NCBI GenBank assembly: GCA_019090615.1
Contig: JAHRVQ010000052.1
Location: 65,938 to 97,937, forward strand
Source: Pseudomonadales bacterium
GTDB taxonomy: Bacteria > Pseudomonadota > Gammaproteobacteria > Pseudomonadales > Azotimanducaceae
Reading direction: 5' to 3'
Length of the DNA: 32,000 bases
The translations under genes and the position numbers were made by a program. This document shows positions 1-8,883 of this stretch, piece by piece (within the stretch, counting starts at the first letter, position 1; every line of letters starts with the position of its first letter). The notes beneath the pieces were generated by a model. The model saw only the letters and a program-made list of their open reading frames with translations, was not told where the DNA came from and did no database searches.

Positions 1-161
1 AACGCAATATCTAACTGCTCAAGCTCGGCCTCATCTGGCCAAAAAACCTGCTTGATAAGCCCCATCGTCAGCTCAGCCTTAACCTCCGCGCGCGGATATT
101 CCTGGCCATGCACCAGGCTGCAATAGCATAAAATAAACAGCGTTAAACATTTCCGGTACAT
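1..161 (-). CDS. 5' end of a secreted protein (partial, runs off the window start); possibly YfiR/DUF4154-like
   Basis: Not in the ORF track because it is partial. The reverse strand reads GGAGG, 6 nt, ATG, then MYRKCLTLFILCYCSLVHG/QEYPRAEVKAELTMGLIKQVFWPDE. That is a classic signal peptide, and the frame stays open to base 1. It is divergent from the TonB receptor gene. The family assignment is a guess. Confidence 0.45.
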   Translation of the reverse strand, partial: MYRKCLTLFILCYCSLVHGQEYPRAEVKAELTMGLIKQVFWPDEAELEQLDIA

Positions 162-449
162 TGACATCCTCCGACACCTGACTAGAAACGCATGGATTTT
201 TAGTTGTTGATCATCCCATACAATAACAAACCCGCACCACATGTTGCTACTTTCAAAACCTGTTCATCTATAGCAAAGGGCTTTTTAATACCTACCCCAG
301 GCCTCATATCAGAGTAATACAACGGAGCTTAAGCTGATCTGAATGCACCCAATTTCAAGTATGTGTTGCCGAGCATAGAATACTTAAGGTAGAGTAAAGT
401 GATCAAAAAGTGGTCCCCACAAAGCCTTCAGGGGCAACCATAAAACACC

Positions 450-2522
450 ATGAAAACCCCGTCAATTATGCTTTTATTGGTCTTCATGGCAGCCTTTGGT
501 GCAGTGCTCGAGGCTGAAGAAATTAATATTCCCCTCTCTGAACTCTCACTCGCAGAGTTGATGAATATAAAAATTTCCACGGTCGGTTCTGGTTTTCAGG
601 AAAACAATCTTGACGCCGCGTCATCCATTGAGGTTATTGAAACCAGTGACTGGCAAGCCACGGGGGCACGCAATTATTGGGATGCCATTGGCCATATTCC
701 CGGCATGTTAGTTACCACTAGCCTGCTGAGTTCCGAAGCACTGGTTTATCGAGGCATCTCGATTGCACCCGGCACCCATACCACAGCCATGATTATTGAT
801 GGCGTGCCGGTCAATAGCCTATTACATAGCACCGGTTTCTATCATCTCAACAATATTGGGCTTACCACCCTGTCCAGAATAGAAATGATTCAAGGCCCAG
901 GTTCAGCCCTTTATGGCGCCGATGCCCTGCAAGGGGTTTTATCACTTCAGACCAAAATAACTGACAATACCCATACGAGGTTTGAGAGCGCTATAGGCCA
1001 TGAGGCGTATTATCAGTACGCTGCCAGCTTTGGCCGACAACTCAGCGAAAACCTAACCACCGGCCTGGCCTACGAATATAGTAAATCGCTACCCAATAAG
1101 GTGATCTTCTTTGATGCCAATGGCGGTAAGTTCTCAGCCGAGCGGGACACTCGATACGCACTCGATATGCCTAAAAAGGCCGAAACACTGACTGCATTTA
1201 TGAACTATTCACCCAATGCCAGGCTTACCTTGCACAACTCCTTTCTGCTCAACAAAACCAGTGAGCTGGTGAATCGTTTCCATAGTAATCGGCCACTACA
1301 TAATTTCCTGGAGGGCGAGTTTTACCTGGCCCAGTCGAAATTGGAATATCAGCTTTCCAACCAGCTTCAGCTCGAAGGTCAAGTTTATTATTGGCAAGGC
1401 GGCATTACCTGGGATTTTTTTCAGCATGATCCCATCACCCAACAAAACTTCAATACTGTTAATCGTTTCGATGCTAAAGACCATCGTTACGGCGCTGATT
1501 TCCGCATCAAAGCAAATAGTCAGGGTCAACGTTTACGCTGGCAACTCGGCCTCAGTGTTTCTACCACTGAGGCTGACAAATTCACCCGAGGCCTGGTAAC
1601 TAACCCACCAATCGAACAGGGCTCAACTGGACATCGGCGCGACCTGAACAGTATCTATGGCGAAATTCGAGCCGCTATTTTAAAGCACAGGCTGGATATC
1701 GTAGCGGGCGCAAGACTGGATAACTATTCTGATTTTGGCCAACAATTTTCACCAAAATTAGGCCTGATTTACCGTCTCTCAGAAATTTCACGTCTCAAAC
1801 TTTTATACGGCTATGCATTTCGCGCCCCTTCAGCGTCAGAGATTGCCGTAGAACCAGCGCCTGGGGTAGGCGGCGCTTTTGGTAATCGCAATCTAAAACC
1901 AGAGACCATCGATACTTATGAACTCATCTATATGAAAAACTGGCCTGCCCAGTATATCGAGCTGATCGCCTTCTATAACAGGATAACCGATGGCATATTG
2001 CAGGATGGTTTGCCCACCAACGATCCACGGGCTAATCTCGACCCTGAAATTAACGCCAAACAAACCGTACGCACCAACGGCGCCGATTCGCACTCATACG
2101 GTATGGTCTTTAAGCACGGGCGATCATTCAACCAGTGGCGTATCGACACCAACCTGACCTATGCCAAAGGCAAAAATACCACCGCTGATTACGCCTATGA
2201 CAGTTACCCCACCTGGATCGGTAATATCAGTATTTCTTATTTATGGCGGAGTGATTTTAAAATTTCGCTGATCAATCGAGTTGCTTACGATCGCACTACT
2301 TTCCAAAGCAGAAATACTACCGACAATCCCACAAAAACCGCAGACTATTATCGAACCGACCTTAATATCAACAGCCCGATTGGCAACAACTGGCAAATCA
2401 GCTTTGATGTACGCAACCTGCTGAATAAAAAAAACTTACACCAGGCCTCCTACCAGGGCGAAACCCTTAAACCCGAACAGGGACTCTCGGGCTGGCTAAC
2501 TGCCAGATATACCTTCAACTAA
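450..2522 (+). CDS. TonB-dependent outer-membrane receptor
   Basis: 690-aa ORF with signal peptide MKTPSIMLLLVFMAAFGAVLEA. Plug-domain motifs are present (IEVIETSD, RIEMIQGPGSALYGADALQGVLSLQTK). A long beta-barrel-like region follows, with alternating aromatic/polar repeats, ending LTARYTFN. Confidence 0.9.
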   Translation: MKTPSIMLLLVFMAAFGAVLEAEEINIPLSELSLAELMNIKISTVGSGFQENNLDAASSIEVIETSDWQATGARNYWDAIGHIPGMLVTTSLLSSEALVYRGISIAPGTHTTAMIIDGVPVNSLLHSTGFYHLNNIGLTTLSRIEMIQGPGSALYGADALQGVLSLQTKITDNTHTRFESAIGHEAYYQYAASFGRQLSENLTTGLAYEYSKSLPNKVIFFDANGGKFSAERDTRYALDMPKKAETLTAFMNYSPNARLTLHNSFLLNKTSELVNRFHSNRPLHNFLEGEFYLAQSKLEYQLSNQLQLEGQVYYWQGGITWDFFQHDPITQQNFNTVNRFDAKDHRYGADFRIKANSQGQRLRWQLGLSVSTTEADKFTRGLVTNPPIEQGSTGHRRDLNSIYGEIRAAILKHRLDIVAGARLDNYSDFGQQFSPKLGLIYRLSEISRLKLLYGYAFRAPSASEIAVEPAPGVGGAFGNRNLKPETIDTYELIYMKNWPAQYIELIAFYNRITDGILQDGLPTNDPRANLDPEINAKQTVRTNGADSHSYGMVFKHGRSFNQWRIDTNLTYAKGKNTTADYAYDSYPTWIGNISISYLWRSDFKISLINRVAYDRTTFQSRNTTDNPTKTADYYRTDLNINSPIGNNWQISFDVRNLLNKKNLHQASYQGETLKPEQGLSGWLTARYTFN

Positions 2523-2526
2523 TAAA

Positions 2527-2672
2527 TGAAGACAGCCTTGAGCGAATTAACAGCCCTGAGCGAAATCAAAAGCCTTGAGCGAAATCAAAAGCCCTGAGCG
2601 AAATCAAAAGCCTTGAGCGCATAAACAGCCCTGAGCGTAAAGACAGCCCTGAGCGTAAAGACAGCCCTGAGC
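2527..2672. repeat. Tandem array of about 8 units of 18-19 bp (core AGCC[CT]TGAGCG) between convergent genes
   Basis: Direct reading: gacagccttgagcg aattaacagccctgagcg aaatcaaaagccttgagcg aaatcaaaagccctgagcg aaatcaaaagccttgagcg cataaacagccctgagcg taaagacagccctgagcg taaagacagccctgagc. Confidence 0.85.
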
Positions 2673-2691
2673 TACACCCGTAACGTAAGTC

Positions 2692-4131
2692 CTATTGACT
2701 CCAGCGTTTAGCTTCCGCCAGCGACTTGGTATAGGCCGGCAGGCAATACCAGAACAGACCTGCCGCAACCGGATAAAAAAGAATGCAGGCGGTGGCGATG
2801 GAATAATGTAGCAAGTTATCGTCCTGGTAGAGAAAATCGGTAAATGCCGCCAGCACACTGCCACCTAGTGCCATACCAATCATACTGGTAGAAAATATAT
2901 ACACCGCCGTCACCTGGCCACGCATCTGATTAGGCGTGATTTCCACAATAGATACCGCCATTAAGCCAAGATACGAACCGGATAAAAGCACCGCTGGCCA
3001 TAATAACCATAAGGTGGTTTGCGCCTCACCTGACAAGGGCGCCAGGGTGGAAAACGGGATGGCAAGCACCGACGCAAAAAACATGGTGCGTACATTCGCA
3101 TCCTCGTAACCACGCTTACGCAGTAAACTCGCACACCAGGTGGCCAACATAATGCCAGCACTACCCGCCACCAGGATTATAATACCGAACGACGCCCCAG
3201 CTTCACTTTTTGACATGCCATAGTTACGGGTAAATAGTTCAGGATACCAGGCACCACTGCCATATTGCGCCATCGCCATCATCGATGAACCCAGTAACAA
3301 ACAGAGATAAGTGCGGCGCCTTTGCCAAATAAAATCAACCACTTCTTTAAAGGGGATTTCTGTGGGCACTTCACCATTTTTTGCGATCAGGCCTTTACGC
3401 GTGGGTTCCTGAATGGTCAGGAACAACAGACTGAGTAACATGCCCGGCAGGCCAACACTTATTATGGTTGCCTGCCACGGCTTAATCACACCGATATAAG
3501 CTAATTCGATCACCCCAAGGCTGGCGTAATAATCATATAAAAAACCACCCACCACCAGTGCAAGCCCGCCACCAATCTTGACCCCGAGCTTATAAAAAGA
3601 CATGGCAAAACCAACGTGTTGCGGCCTAAAACTATCCAGAATCAGCGAATAGGCAGGCGGTGATAAACCTGCTTCACCCGCACCCACACCCATCCTGGCG
3701 ACAAATAGCTGGGCAAAGTTTTTAGTAAAACCGCAGGATACGGTCATGATACTCCAGAAGAATACCGACCCAGCAACAATCATGCGGCGAGAATATTTAT
3801 CTGCCAGTCGGCCCAAAGGCAACCCGGCGACCGCATATAAAATCGCAAAGGCCGCACCCGCTAACAGGCTATATTCAAAATCTGTTATACCGAAGTCTGC
3901 CCGGATTGGGCCCACCAGCAGCGCCAGTATCTGCCGATCAATAAAGGATAAAATATAGGCAGAAAATAATAACCCAAGACAATAGCTGGCAGAGCCCAGG
4001 CCCGGATAATCATCTTCGGCCACCGCTGCTGTTGCGGTGGCACTTGTATCTGTGGCACTTGTATCGGTAGCGCTGGTGTCAGTTGCACTGGTTTGGGTAC
4101 TGGTTTCTAGTTCTGATTCGGATGCAGTCAT
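2692..4131 (-). CDS. MFS transporter with a repeat-containing N-terminal tail
   Basis: 479-aa ORF with about 12 hydrophobic segments. It carries the MFS loop 2-3 signature GLPLGRLADKYSRRMI. The N-terminus holds TDTSATDTSATDTSA. Confidence 0.9.
   Translation of the reverse strand: MTASESELETSTQTSATDTSATDTSATDTSATATAAVAEDDYPGLGSASYCLGLLFSAYILSFIDRQILALLVGPIRADFGITDFEYSLLAGAAFAILYAVAGLPLGRLADKYSRRMIVAGSVFFWSIMTVSCGFTKNFAQLFVARMGVGAGEAGLSPPAYSLILDSFRPQHVGFAMSFYKLGVKIGGGLALVVGGFLYDYYASLGVIELAYIGVIKPWQATIISVGLPGMLLSLLFLTIQEPTRKGLIAKNGEVPTEIPFKEVVDFIWQRRRTYLCLLLGSSMMAMAQYGSGAWYPELFTRNYGMSKSEAGASFGIIILVAGSAGIMLATWCASLLRKRGYEDANVRTMFFASVLAIPFSTLAPLSGEAQTTLWLLWPAVLLSGSYLGLMAVSIVEITPNQMRGQVTAVYIFSTSMIGMALGGSVLAAFTDFLYQDDNLLHYSIATACILFYPVAAGLFWYCLPAYTKSLAEAKRWSQ
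4039..4083 (-). repeat. 15-bp in-frame tandem repeat x3 encoding (TDTSA)3 in the MFS N-terminus
   Basis: The plus strand reads ggcacttgtatctgt ggcacttgtatcggt agcgctggtgtcagt. Confidence 0.7.
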
Positions 4132-4350
4132 AACGCAAAGGTATTATATATTGAACTATATTGTTACTACTTTTTTCATCATGTACAAGGCCGTCGCCTG
4201 TTAGCCCCCGTCAGGACATCGATAATCTACCAGCAATACGTCTATTTGGAGCCATTATTGCCGTTAGCCTTATGGGTAAATGCAGATTTTTGCGATAAAA
4301 ACTCGCAAACTAAAAAAGGATAAAAGGGAAAAAGCGAAAAGGGTAAAGCG

Positions 4351-7065
4351 TTAGAGTGCCCTGGCGACGCGAAAACCCACCCTGATGCTCGCTTCAACGG
4401 TATCGTCCCTATCGCGGTTCGCGGACCGCAAATTCGCAGGTCTGTTGAACCAGCCACCGCCGCGCAACACCTGCCGGGCGCAAGCGCCCTTATCCGTAGG
4501 CCAGGCTGATTCATCATCCGGCGCCCCCTTATAAGAACTATGCCAACAATCCGCCACCCACTCCCAAACGTTACCATGCATATCAAATAGACCAAAGTTG
4601 TTGGCTATAAAACTGCCAACGGGTGCTGTCTGGTTGTTAAATCCATCCTTTGGCCATCCATATCGTTCATCGCCATTGGCATGTTTACCACTGGGCGCAT
4701 CGCCCCAGCTATAACGGGTTTGGGTACCTGCTCTGGCCGCATATTCCCATTGCGCTTCGCGGGGCAGATAATAGGCTTCGCCCGTTTTAGTGGATAGCCA
4801 TTTAACATAGGCGGCGGCGTCCAACCCGCTAACATTAATCACCGGCCGCTTAGCACGCCCCCAACCCCTGTCAGCTGGCAGCTTTTTACCTTCTGCCAGG
4901 GCAAAGGCATCATATTCCTCAAAGGTCACCTCAAAGCGGCCCAGGGCAAAGGGTGCTTCTATCGTCACCTTATGTGCTGGCCCCTCATTTTCTTCACGGC
5001 CCGCCTCGTCTTTTTCTGAGCCCATTCTAAAAACTCCAGCGGGTATCACCACCATAGCAGGACAAAAACTACAGTCGGCAAAAGTATCACCGGCTGCATA
5101 ATCAGCTTGCGCGGGTTTTTTAGGGTTTATTACTGGTTGTTTTAAAGTACGAATTTGCGCTTTCAAGCTGGCTATGGTGCGGTTTTTTGAGTCAATAATG
5201 GCCTGTAACTTCTGGTCCGTGCTGGCATTACCGCCAACCTCGATCTGTAAGGTTTTAAGCTGTAAGTTCAAAGCAGCCACCTGCGTATTTAGCGCGGTAT
5301 TAACCGCCCCAATTTGCTGTTGCGAAAGTTCCGCCGCAACGGCCTCCTGTTCCTGTTGGTCAAGGATTTTTGTTAATTGCTGGCTGGTGATATCGGATCG
5401 TCTTTTTTGTGCTTCATTAGCTATTTGTTCCGCTCGTCTGGCGACTGTTTCGGCGGATTTTGCCTGCCAGGCATAAAACCCTGCGCCACCAACTACCAGT
5501 AAAGCAAGACTTAAAAGCACCAAAACCGCCTTCACTGTTTTAAGCGACTGGGCCTGGCGCTGGCTTTGCTGTCGATCTTTTTCAACCTGCGCATAGTGGC
5601 TGGCGCTTTGTTGCAACAGATTGTCAACCGCCGAATAATGCTCACCCGCCTCGGCTGGCCAATGCCCTGGAGTGAGAAAAAGATTGGCCCAGGGCTTATT
5701 TTGCGTTGGCCACCATAATTGTCCGGCGCGGGTAACCGTCGATGACAAAAAACAGCTATTATCTGCCGCATAGGCCGTTGCACCACGCACCAGATCGTTA
5801 TAAAAACGCCGATCCATTTGCTCCTGGGCCAGCCAACCGGTTTTAACCTCGGCCAGGCGGTGCCAATTGCGTATCAGCGCTTCATGGCTAATATCAATAA
5901 GGGTATCAGGTTGCAATGGGCTACCATAAGGTGGCATCAAAAAATTCACCCCTGGCAGGCTAAATATCTGCACCACATAGGACAACAGCGCAATGTCAAC
6001 CTCTGCCATTGCCGCGATTTTGCTTAGACTTTGCGGCGCGCGTGTTTGTCGGCCATCCTGATCAACCGCCGTAATACAGCGGAAAATTCGCGCAGCTATC
6101 GGCTGCAGGTCCTGCTCAGCTGCCGCGTCAACCGCAAGCCCGGTGTAGATTTCATCCGCATGTCTGGATAACGCTTGCGCCATACCACCAATGGCCTGGT
6201 AGTCATCGATATCCAGGTAATCAGGCTGTTGGCCCACTTCCCAGGTCCGCATCAGGGCATGCTGCATTACCGGCAAATGATCAGGGTCATCCCCCACCTC
6301 GGCAATAATCTGCTGCACCAGCGTTGGTGACATTTCACGCCCGGCGCGTAACGCCGGTTGTTCAATAGCAATACGGCGTTGCTGACGATTCATCCTTGGT
6401 ACCAGAAACTGGCCGGCATTAATTACCTCGGGCAAACCGGAAAAACGGGTACAGTCGCCCAAAAAGTCAAGCCGGGTCGTCAGCATAATATGTACCGAAC
6501 AGGTTTGCTGCAGATCAGCCTGCACCGCACGGATTAATAATTTAACGAACCGAGTTGCTTCTTCCCAGGCCGCTGGCCCGGCCTGGTTAGCGAAGCGAAA
6601 TACTTCTTCAAACTGATCCACAATCACCAGAAATTTTGTTGCCTGGGCATTTTCTTCGATCACCTCTGCCAGGCCATTACTGCTACTTAATAACAACGCC
6701 CTGGTGCGCATAAATTCCAGCTTGCTCAGATCAAAACTCGCATTGTCGGTTGCCGGTCCACGCTGAGTACGGTTATCGATCTCCAGCAGGGCCTGGGTTA
6801 ATACATCCATTGGCCTGGCCCCCGGGCGCATCACCAGCCATTGCCAACCACCGTTGCCCTCCAAACGAGGCAATAGACCTGCCCGCACCAACGACGATTT
6901 ACCACAGCCAGACGCGCCCACCACGGTAACAAAACGAGTATTATCGAGCTTGCTGGTCAGGGTTTGTATCTGTTCCTCACGACCAAAAAAATTCGCCCTG
7001 TCCTGGTATTCAAAGGGCCGCAAACCCGGATAAGGATTACCCAACACAACATTCGTACTAGGCAT
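4351..7065 (-). CDS. STAND (nSTAND-type) P-loop NTPase, single TM helix, coiled coil, C-terminal FGE/SUMF1-like domain
   Basis: 904 aa. The N-terminus NPYPGLRPFEYQDRANFFGREEQ, Walker A VVGASGCGKSSLVRAGLLPRL and Walker B FLVIVDQFEEVF are typical of novel-STAND NTPases. One hydrophobic helix (VKAVLVLLSLALLVVGGAGFYAW) lies near residue 520. A Q/A/L-rich heptad region follows. The C-terminus has GNVWEWVADCWH, VLRGGGW and GFRVARAL. The start overlaps the upstream TIR gene stop by 8 nt. Confidence 0.85.
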   Translation of the reverse strand: MPSTNVVLGNPYPGLRPFEYQDRANFFGREEQIQTLTSKLDNTRFVTVVGASGCGKSSLVRAGLLPRLEGNGGWQWLVMRPGARPMDVLTQALLEIDNRTQRGPATDNASFDLSKLEFMRTRALLLSSSNGLAEVIEENAQATKFLVIVDQFEEVFRFANQAGPAAWEEATRFVKLLIRAVQADLQQTCSVHIMLTTRLDFLGDCTRFSGLPEVINAGQFLVPRMNRQQRRIAIEQPALRAGREMSPTLVQQIIAEVGDDPDHLPVMQHALMRTWEVGQQPDYLDIDDYQAIGGMAQALSRHADEIYTGLAVDAAAEQDLQPIAARIFRCITAVDQDGRQTRAPQSLSKIAAMAEVDIALLSYVVQIFSLPGVNFLMPPYGSPLQPDTLIDISHEALIRNWHRLAEVKTGWLAQEQMDRRFYNDLVRGATAYAADNSCFLSSTVTRAGQLWWPTQNKPWANLFLTPGHWPAEAGEHYSAVDNLLQQSASHYAQVEKDRQQSQRQAQSLKTVKAVLVLLSLALLVVGGAGFYAWQAKSAETVARRAEQIANEAQKRRSDITSQQLTKILDQQEQEAVAAELSQQQIGAVNTALNTQVAALNLQLKTLQIEVGGNASTDQKLQAIIDSKNRTIASLKAQIRTLKQPVINPKKPAQADYAAGDTFADCSFCPAMVVIPAGVFRMGSEKDEAGREENEGPAHKVTIEAPFALGRFEVTFEEYDAFALAEGKKLPADRGWGRAKRPVINVSGLDAAAYVKWLSTKTGEAYYLPREAQWEYAARAGTQTRYSWGDAPSGKHANGDERYGWPKDGFNNQTAPVGSFIANNFGLFDMHGNVWEWVADCWHSSYKGAPDDESAWPTDKGACARQVLRGGGWFNRPANLRSANRDRDDTVEASIRVGFRVARAL
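4450..4648. repeat. Near-identical 199-nt block shared with 10341..10539 (inside FGE-like domain coding sequence)
   Basis: By-eye alignment shows only a handful of mismatches over 199 nt. This is far above the identity of the rest of the two genes. Confidence 0.8.
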
Positions 7066-8698
7066 CGGTATCCTCGAGGCCGTTTTTACTTGAAGGGCTA
7101 TGGTTGCCAGGGCGCTGACTTAAAGCGCTATGCGCTCGTTGAATATCTGCTGTGCGCGTCTTCAGCCTATCGATAAAAGGCTGAAACATCGTACTATCCG
7201 CCCCTTTGATGACATTAATCACGGTGTCAACCGCCGGACTGCGGAACAGGCTTTTTTGCCCGCTTTCAGGCGCTGCCAGGATCACAGCCGTTACCCCAGT
7301 GCGCGTGCCTGGGTAATTATCAGCAGCCAGATCGCGGCCCTGTAATATCATTAGTTGCTGCTGAAAATCTGCATAGGTCTGACTCCCATAATGCAGCAGC
7401 ACAGCGTCACAATGTTGTAATTGCGCCGCCTGATGTTGTGCCCGGGTATCAGCATCAGATTCAAAATCTGGCAATACCACCTCAACACCCGCATCAACCA
7501 ATATATTGTAGACAGGGGTCATTAACGCCAGGTCCTGCTGCGCATAATATAAATAGATCAATGGAATTTTTTGCTGCGCTGGTTCTACGGGCGCGGGTAC
7601 TATGGAGGTTGTTTTGATTGCTAACAGGGTATCAAGCACAGTGGTTTTCAGGTCTTCAAAGGGTTCACCATTAAGCACTTCATCATCAGGCTGTATATCC
7701 TGGTAGGTCTGCAGTTTTTCGATAAAGGATTTATGCCCAGGTTCTTTTACCTGCAGGTTTTTTTCCAGCCAGACGATACGTTTAATATCTGCTCCCTGTT
7801 GCCGGTGGCTAGCCACTAGATCAAACTGCTGGTGCACAATTGGCTGCGCCGCACCATCAGGGGTATTACCATCGGGAGTATAACCACCAGTTTGACCAAT
7901 CAGATGAATCGCCATGCTAGCCGACTGTATTTCTTCTTTGATACCCTGCAAAACCTGGTCTTGCTGCAGCGGCAGTAGCGGCTGTTGCGGCACCACTCGA
8001 TAACCATGGCTTTCGAGCTCATCACGAAGCTCCTGCCACCTGTCCAGCAGGTCATGGCTGGTGACTGCCAGATAGAGCGTTATTATATCGTTATCTATAG
8101 CCGGCACTGTATCTGGTACTGCAACCAGTGCATTTTCCGCTGTTATCGTAGATTTGATCGCTGCTAGCTGGTTATTAATCGACTTACCGAGTTGACGAAT
8201 GCCCTTCCAGTAGTCGCGGTGCAGATGTTCGCCAAAACCATCGAAGAACGGTATTTCATCGTTCTCCTGCTGATCGATATGAAAAAATTTGAAGCCGGTT
8301 TTATCACGGATCAAATCCGGCTGCAGCGCCAGATCCAGGTCCCTGATGAGTATTTTTTGAATGGCACCAGACTCGCCATCATGGCTGCTAACAAAGGCTT
8401 CAAACTCCTTCAAACAATAAGGACTATCAACCCAACAGGGCGATACTAAGGCTAAAAATACCGGTGCATCACGCACCGCATCCAGGATAACCTCATCAAA
8501 AAAAGTCACCGGGTCTATATCCCGCTTATCCCGCCATAACTCAAATGCCAGCGCCTGTTTGGTCAGCTCAATGCTCAGCGCACGATCAAAAAAATCCACC
8601 CAGCCAACAAAATTTTCACCCATGGGTGATTGATTATCGTCATGGGCATAACTTAAGAAAATCGTGTGCATAGCGTAGGCAGCGCTCCCCGATAGCAT
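7058..8698 (-). CDS. TIR-domain protein followed by two further TIR-like/Rossmann-like modules
   Basis: 546 aa. The N-terminus MHTIFLSYAHDDN...VFLALVSPCWVDSPYCLKEFEAF matches the TIR strand A, strand D and helix motifs, with a conserved Glu. Two later segments repeat the strand-helix pattern: ITLYLAVTSHDL...ASMAIHLIG and IPLIYLYYAQQDL...CDAVLLHYG. The true start may be the Met at 8671. Confidence 0.8.
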   Translation of the reverse strand: MLSGSAAYAMHTIFLSYAHDDNQSPMGENFVGWVDFFDRALSIELTKQALAFELWRDKRDIDPVTFFDEVILDAVRDAPVFLALVSPCWVDSPYCLKEFEAFVSSHDGESGAIQKILIRDLDLALQPDLIRDKTGFKFFHIDQQENDEIPFFDGFGEHLHRDYWKGIRQLGKSINNQLAAIKSTITAENALVAVPDTVPAIDNDIITLYLAVTSHDLLDRWQELRDELESHGYRVVPQQPLLPLQQDQVLQGIKEEIQSASMAIHLIGQTGGYTPDGNTPDGAAQPIVHQQFDLVASHRQQGADIKRIVWLEKNLQVKEPGHKSFIEKLQTYQDIQPDDEVLNGEPFEDLKTTVLDTLLAIKTTSIVPAPVEPAQQKIPLIYLYYAQQDLALMTPVYNILVDAGVEVVLPDFESDADTRAQHQAAQLQHCDAVLLHYGSQTYADFQQQLMILQGRDLAADNYPGTRTGVTAVILAAPESGQKSLFRSPAVDTVINVIKGADSTMFQPFIDRLKTRTADIQRAHSALSQRPGNHSPSSKNGLEDTDA

Positions 8699-8883
8699 AG
8701 TAGTTTTTATTCAAATGCTACTATATCAATAAATTACACCACTTTTACAGGATTGTGACTGGCTATTTTTCTGGGTGTTTTTAACCGGCGCAAGCCTCGC
8801 GTTATTAACGCCGTCGTCTACCCGCACCCTGGTGTATTCTTATTATCGATTCATCGCTGATCAAAACATGAACACGGCAAATA

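Noticed and set aside
170-449. A Fur box or cobalamin-type riboswitch upstream of the TonB-dependent receptor.
   Set aside because: No GATAATGATAATCATTATC-like palindrome or B12-box-like element was recognisable. Only a weak cccc...gggg hairpin lies near the start codon.
2527-2672. Possible CRISPR array (also considered for 16271..16342 and 28117..28332).
   Set aside because: The units are directly abutting, or both halves of each period are conserved. There are no unique spacers of regular length, and no cas genes occur in the window.
2604-2864. An 86-aa minus-strand ORF containing AQGCLYAQGCLYAQGCL.
   Set aside because: It is a translation of the 18/19-bp tandem array and overlaps the MFS gene 3' end, so it is an artefact of the repeat.
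4242-4595. Antisense ORFs of 117-139 aa overlapping the 3' ends of all three FGE-domain genes (4242..4595, 8938..9357, 10127..10486), with similar peptides (RCCAAVAG...).
   Set aside because: They are the shadow of the conserved FGE-domain coding sequence on the opposite strand. Their similarity only reflects the paralogy of the real genes. They have no ribosome-binding sites or recognisable motifs.
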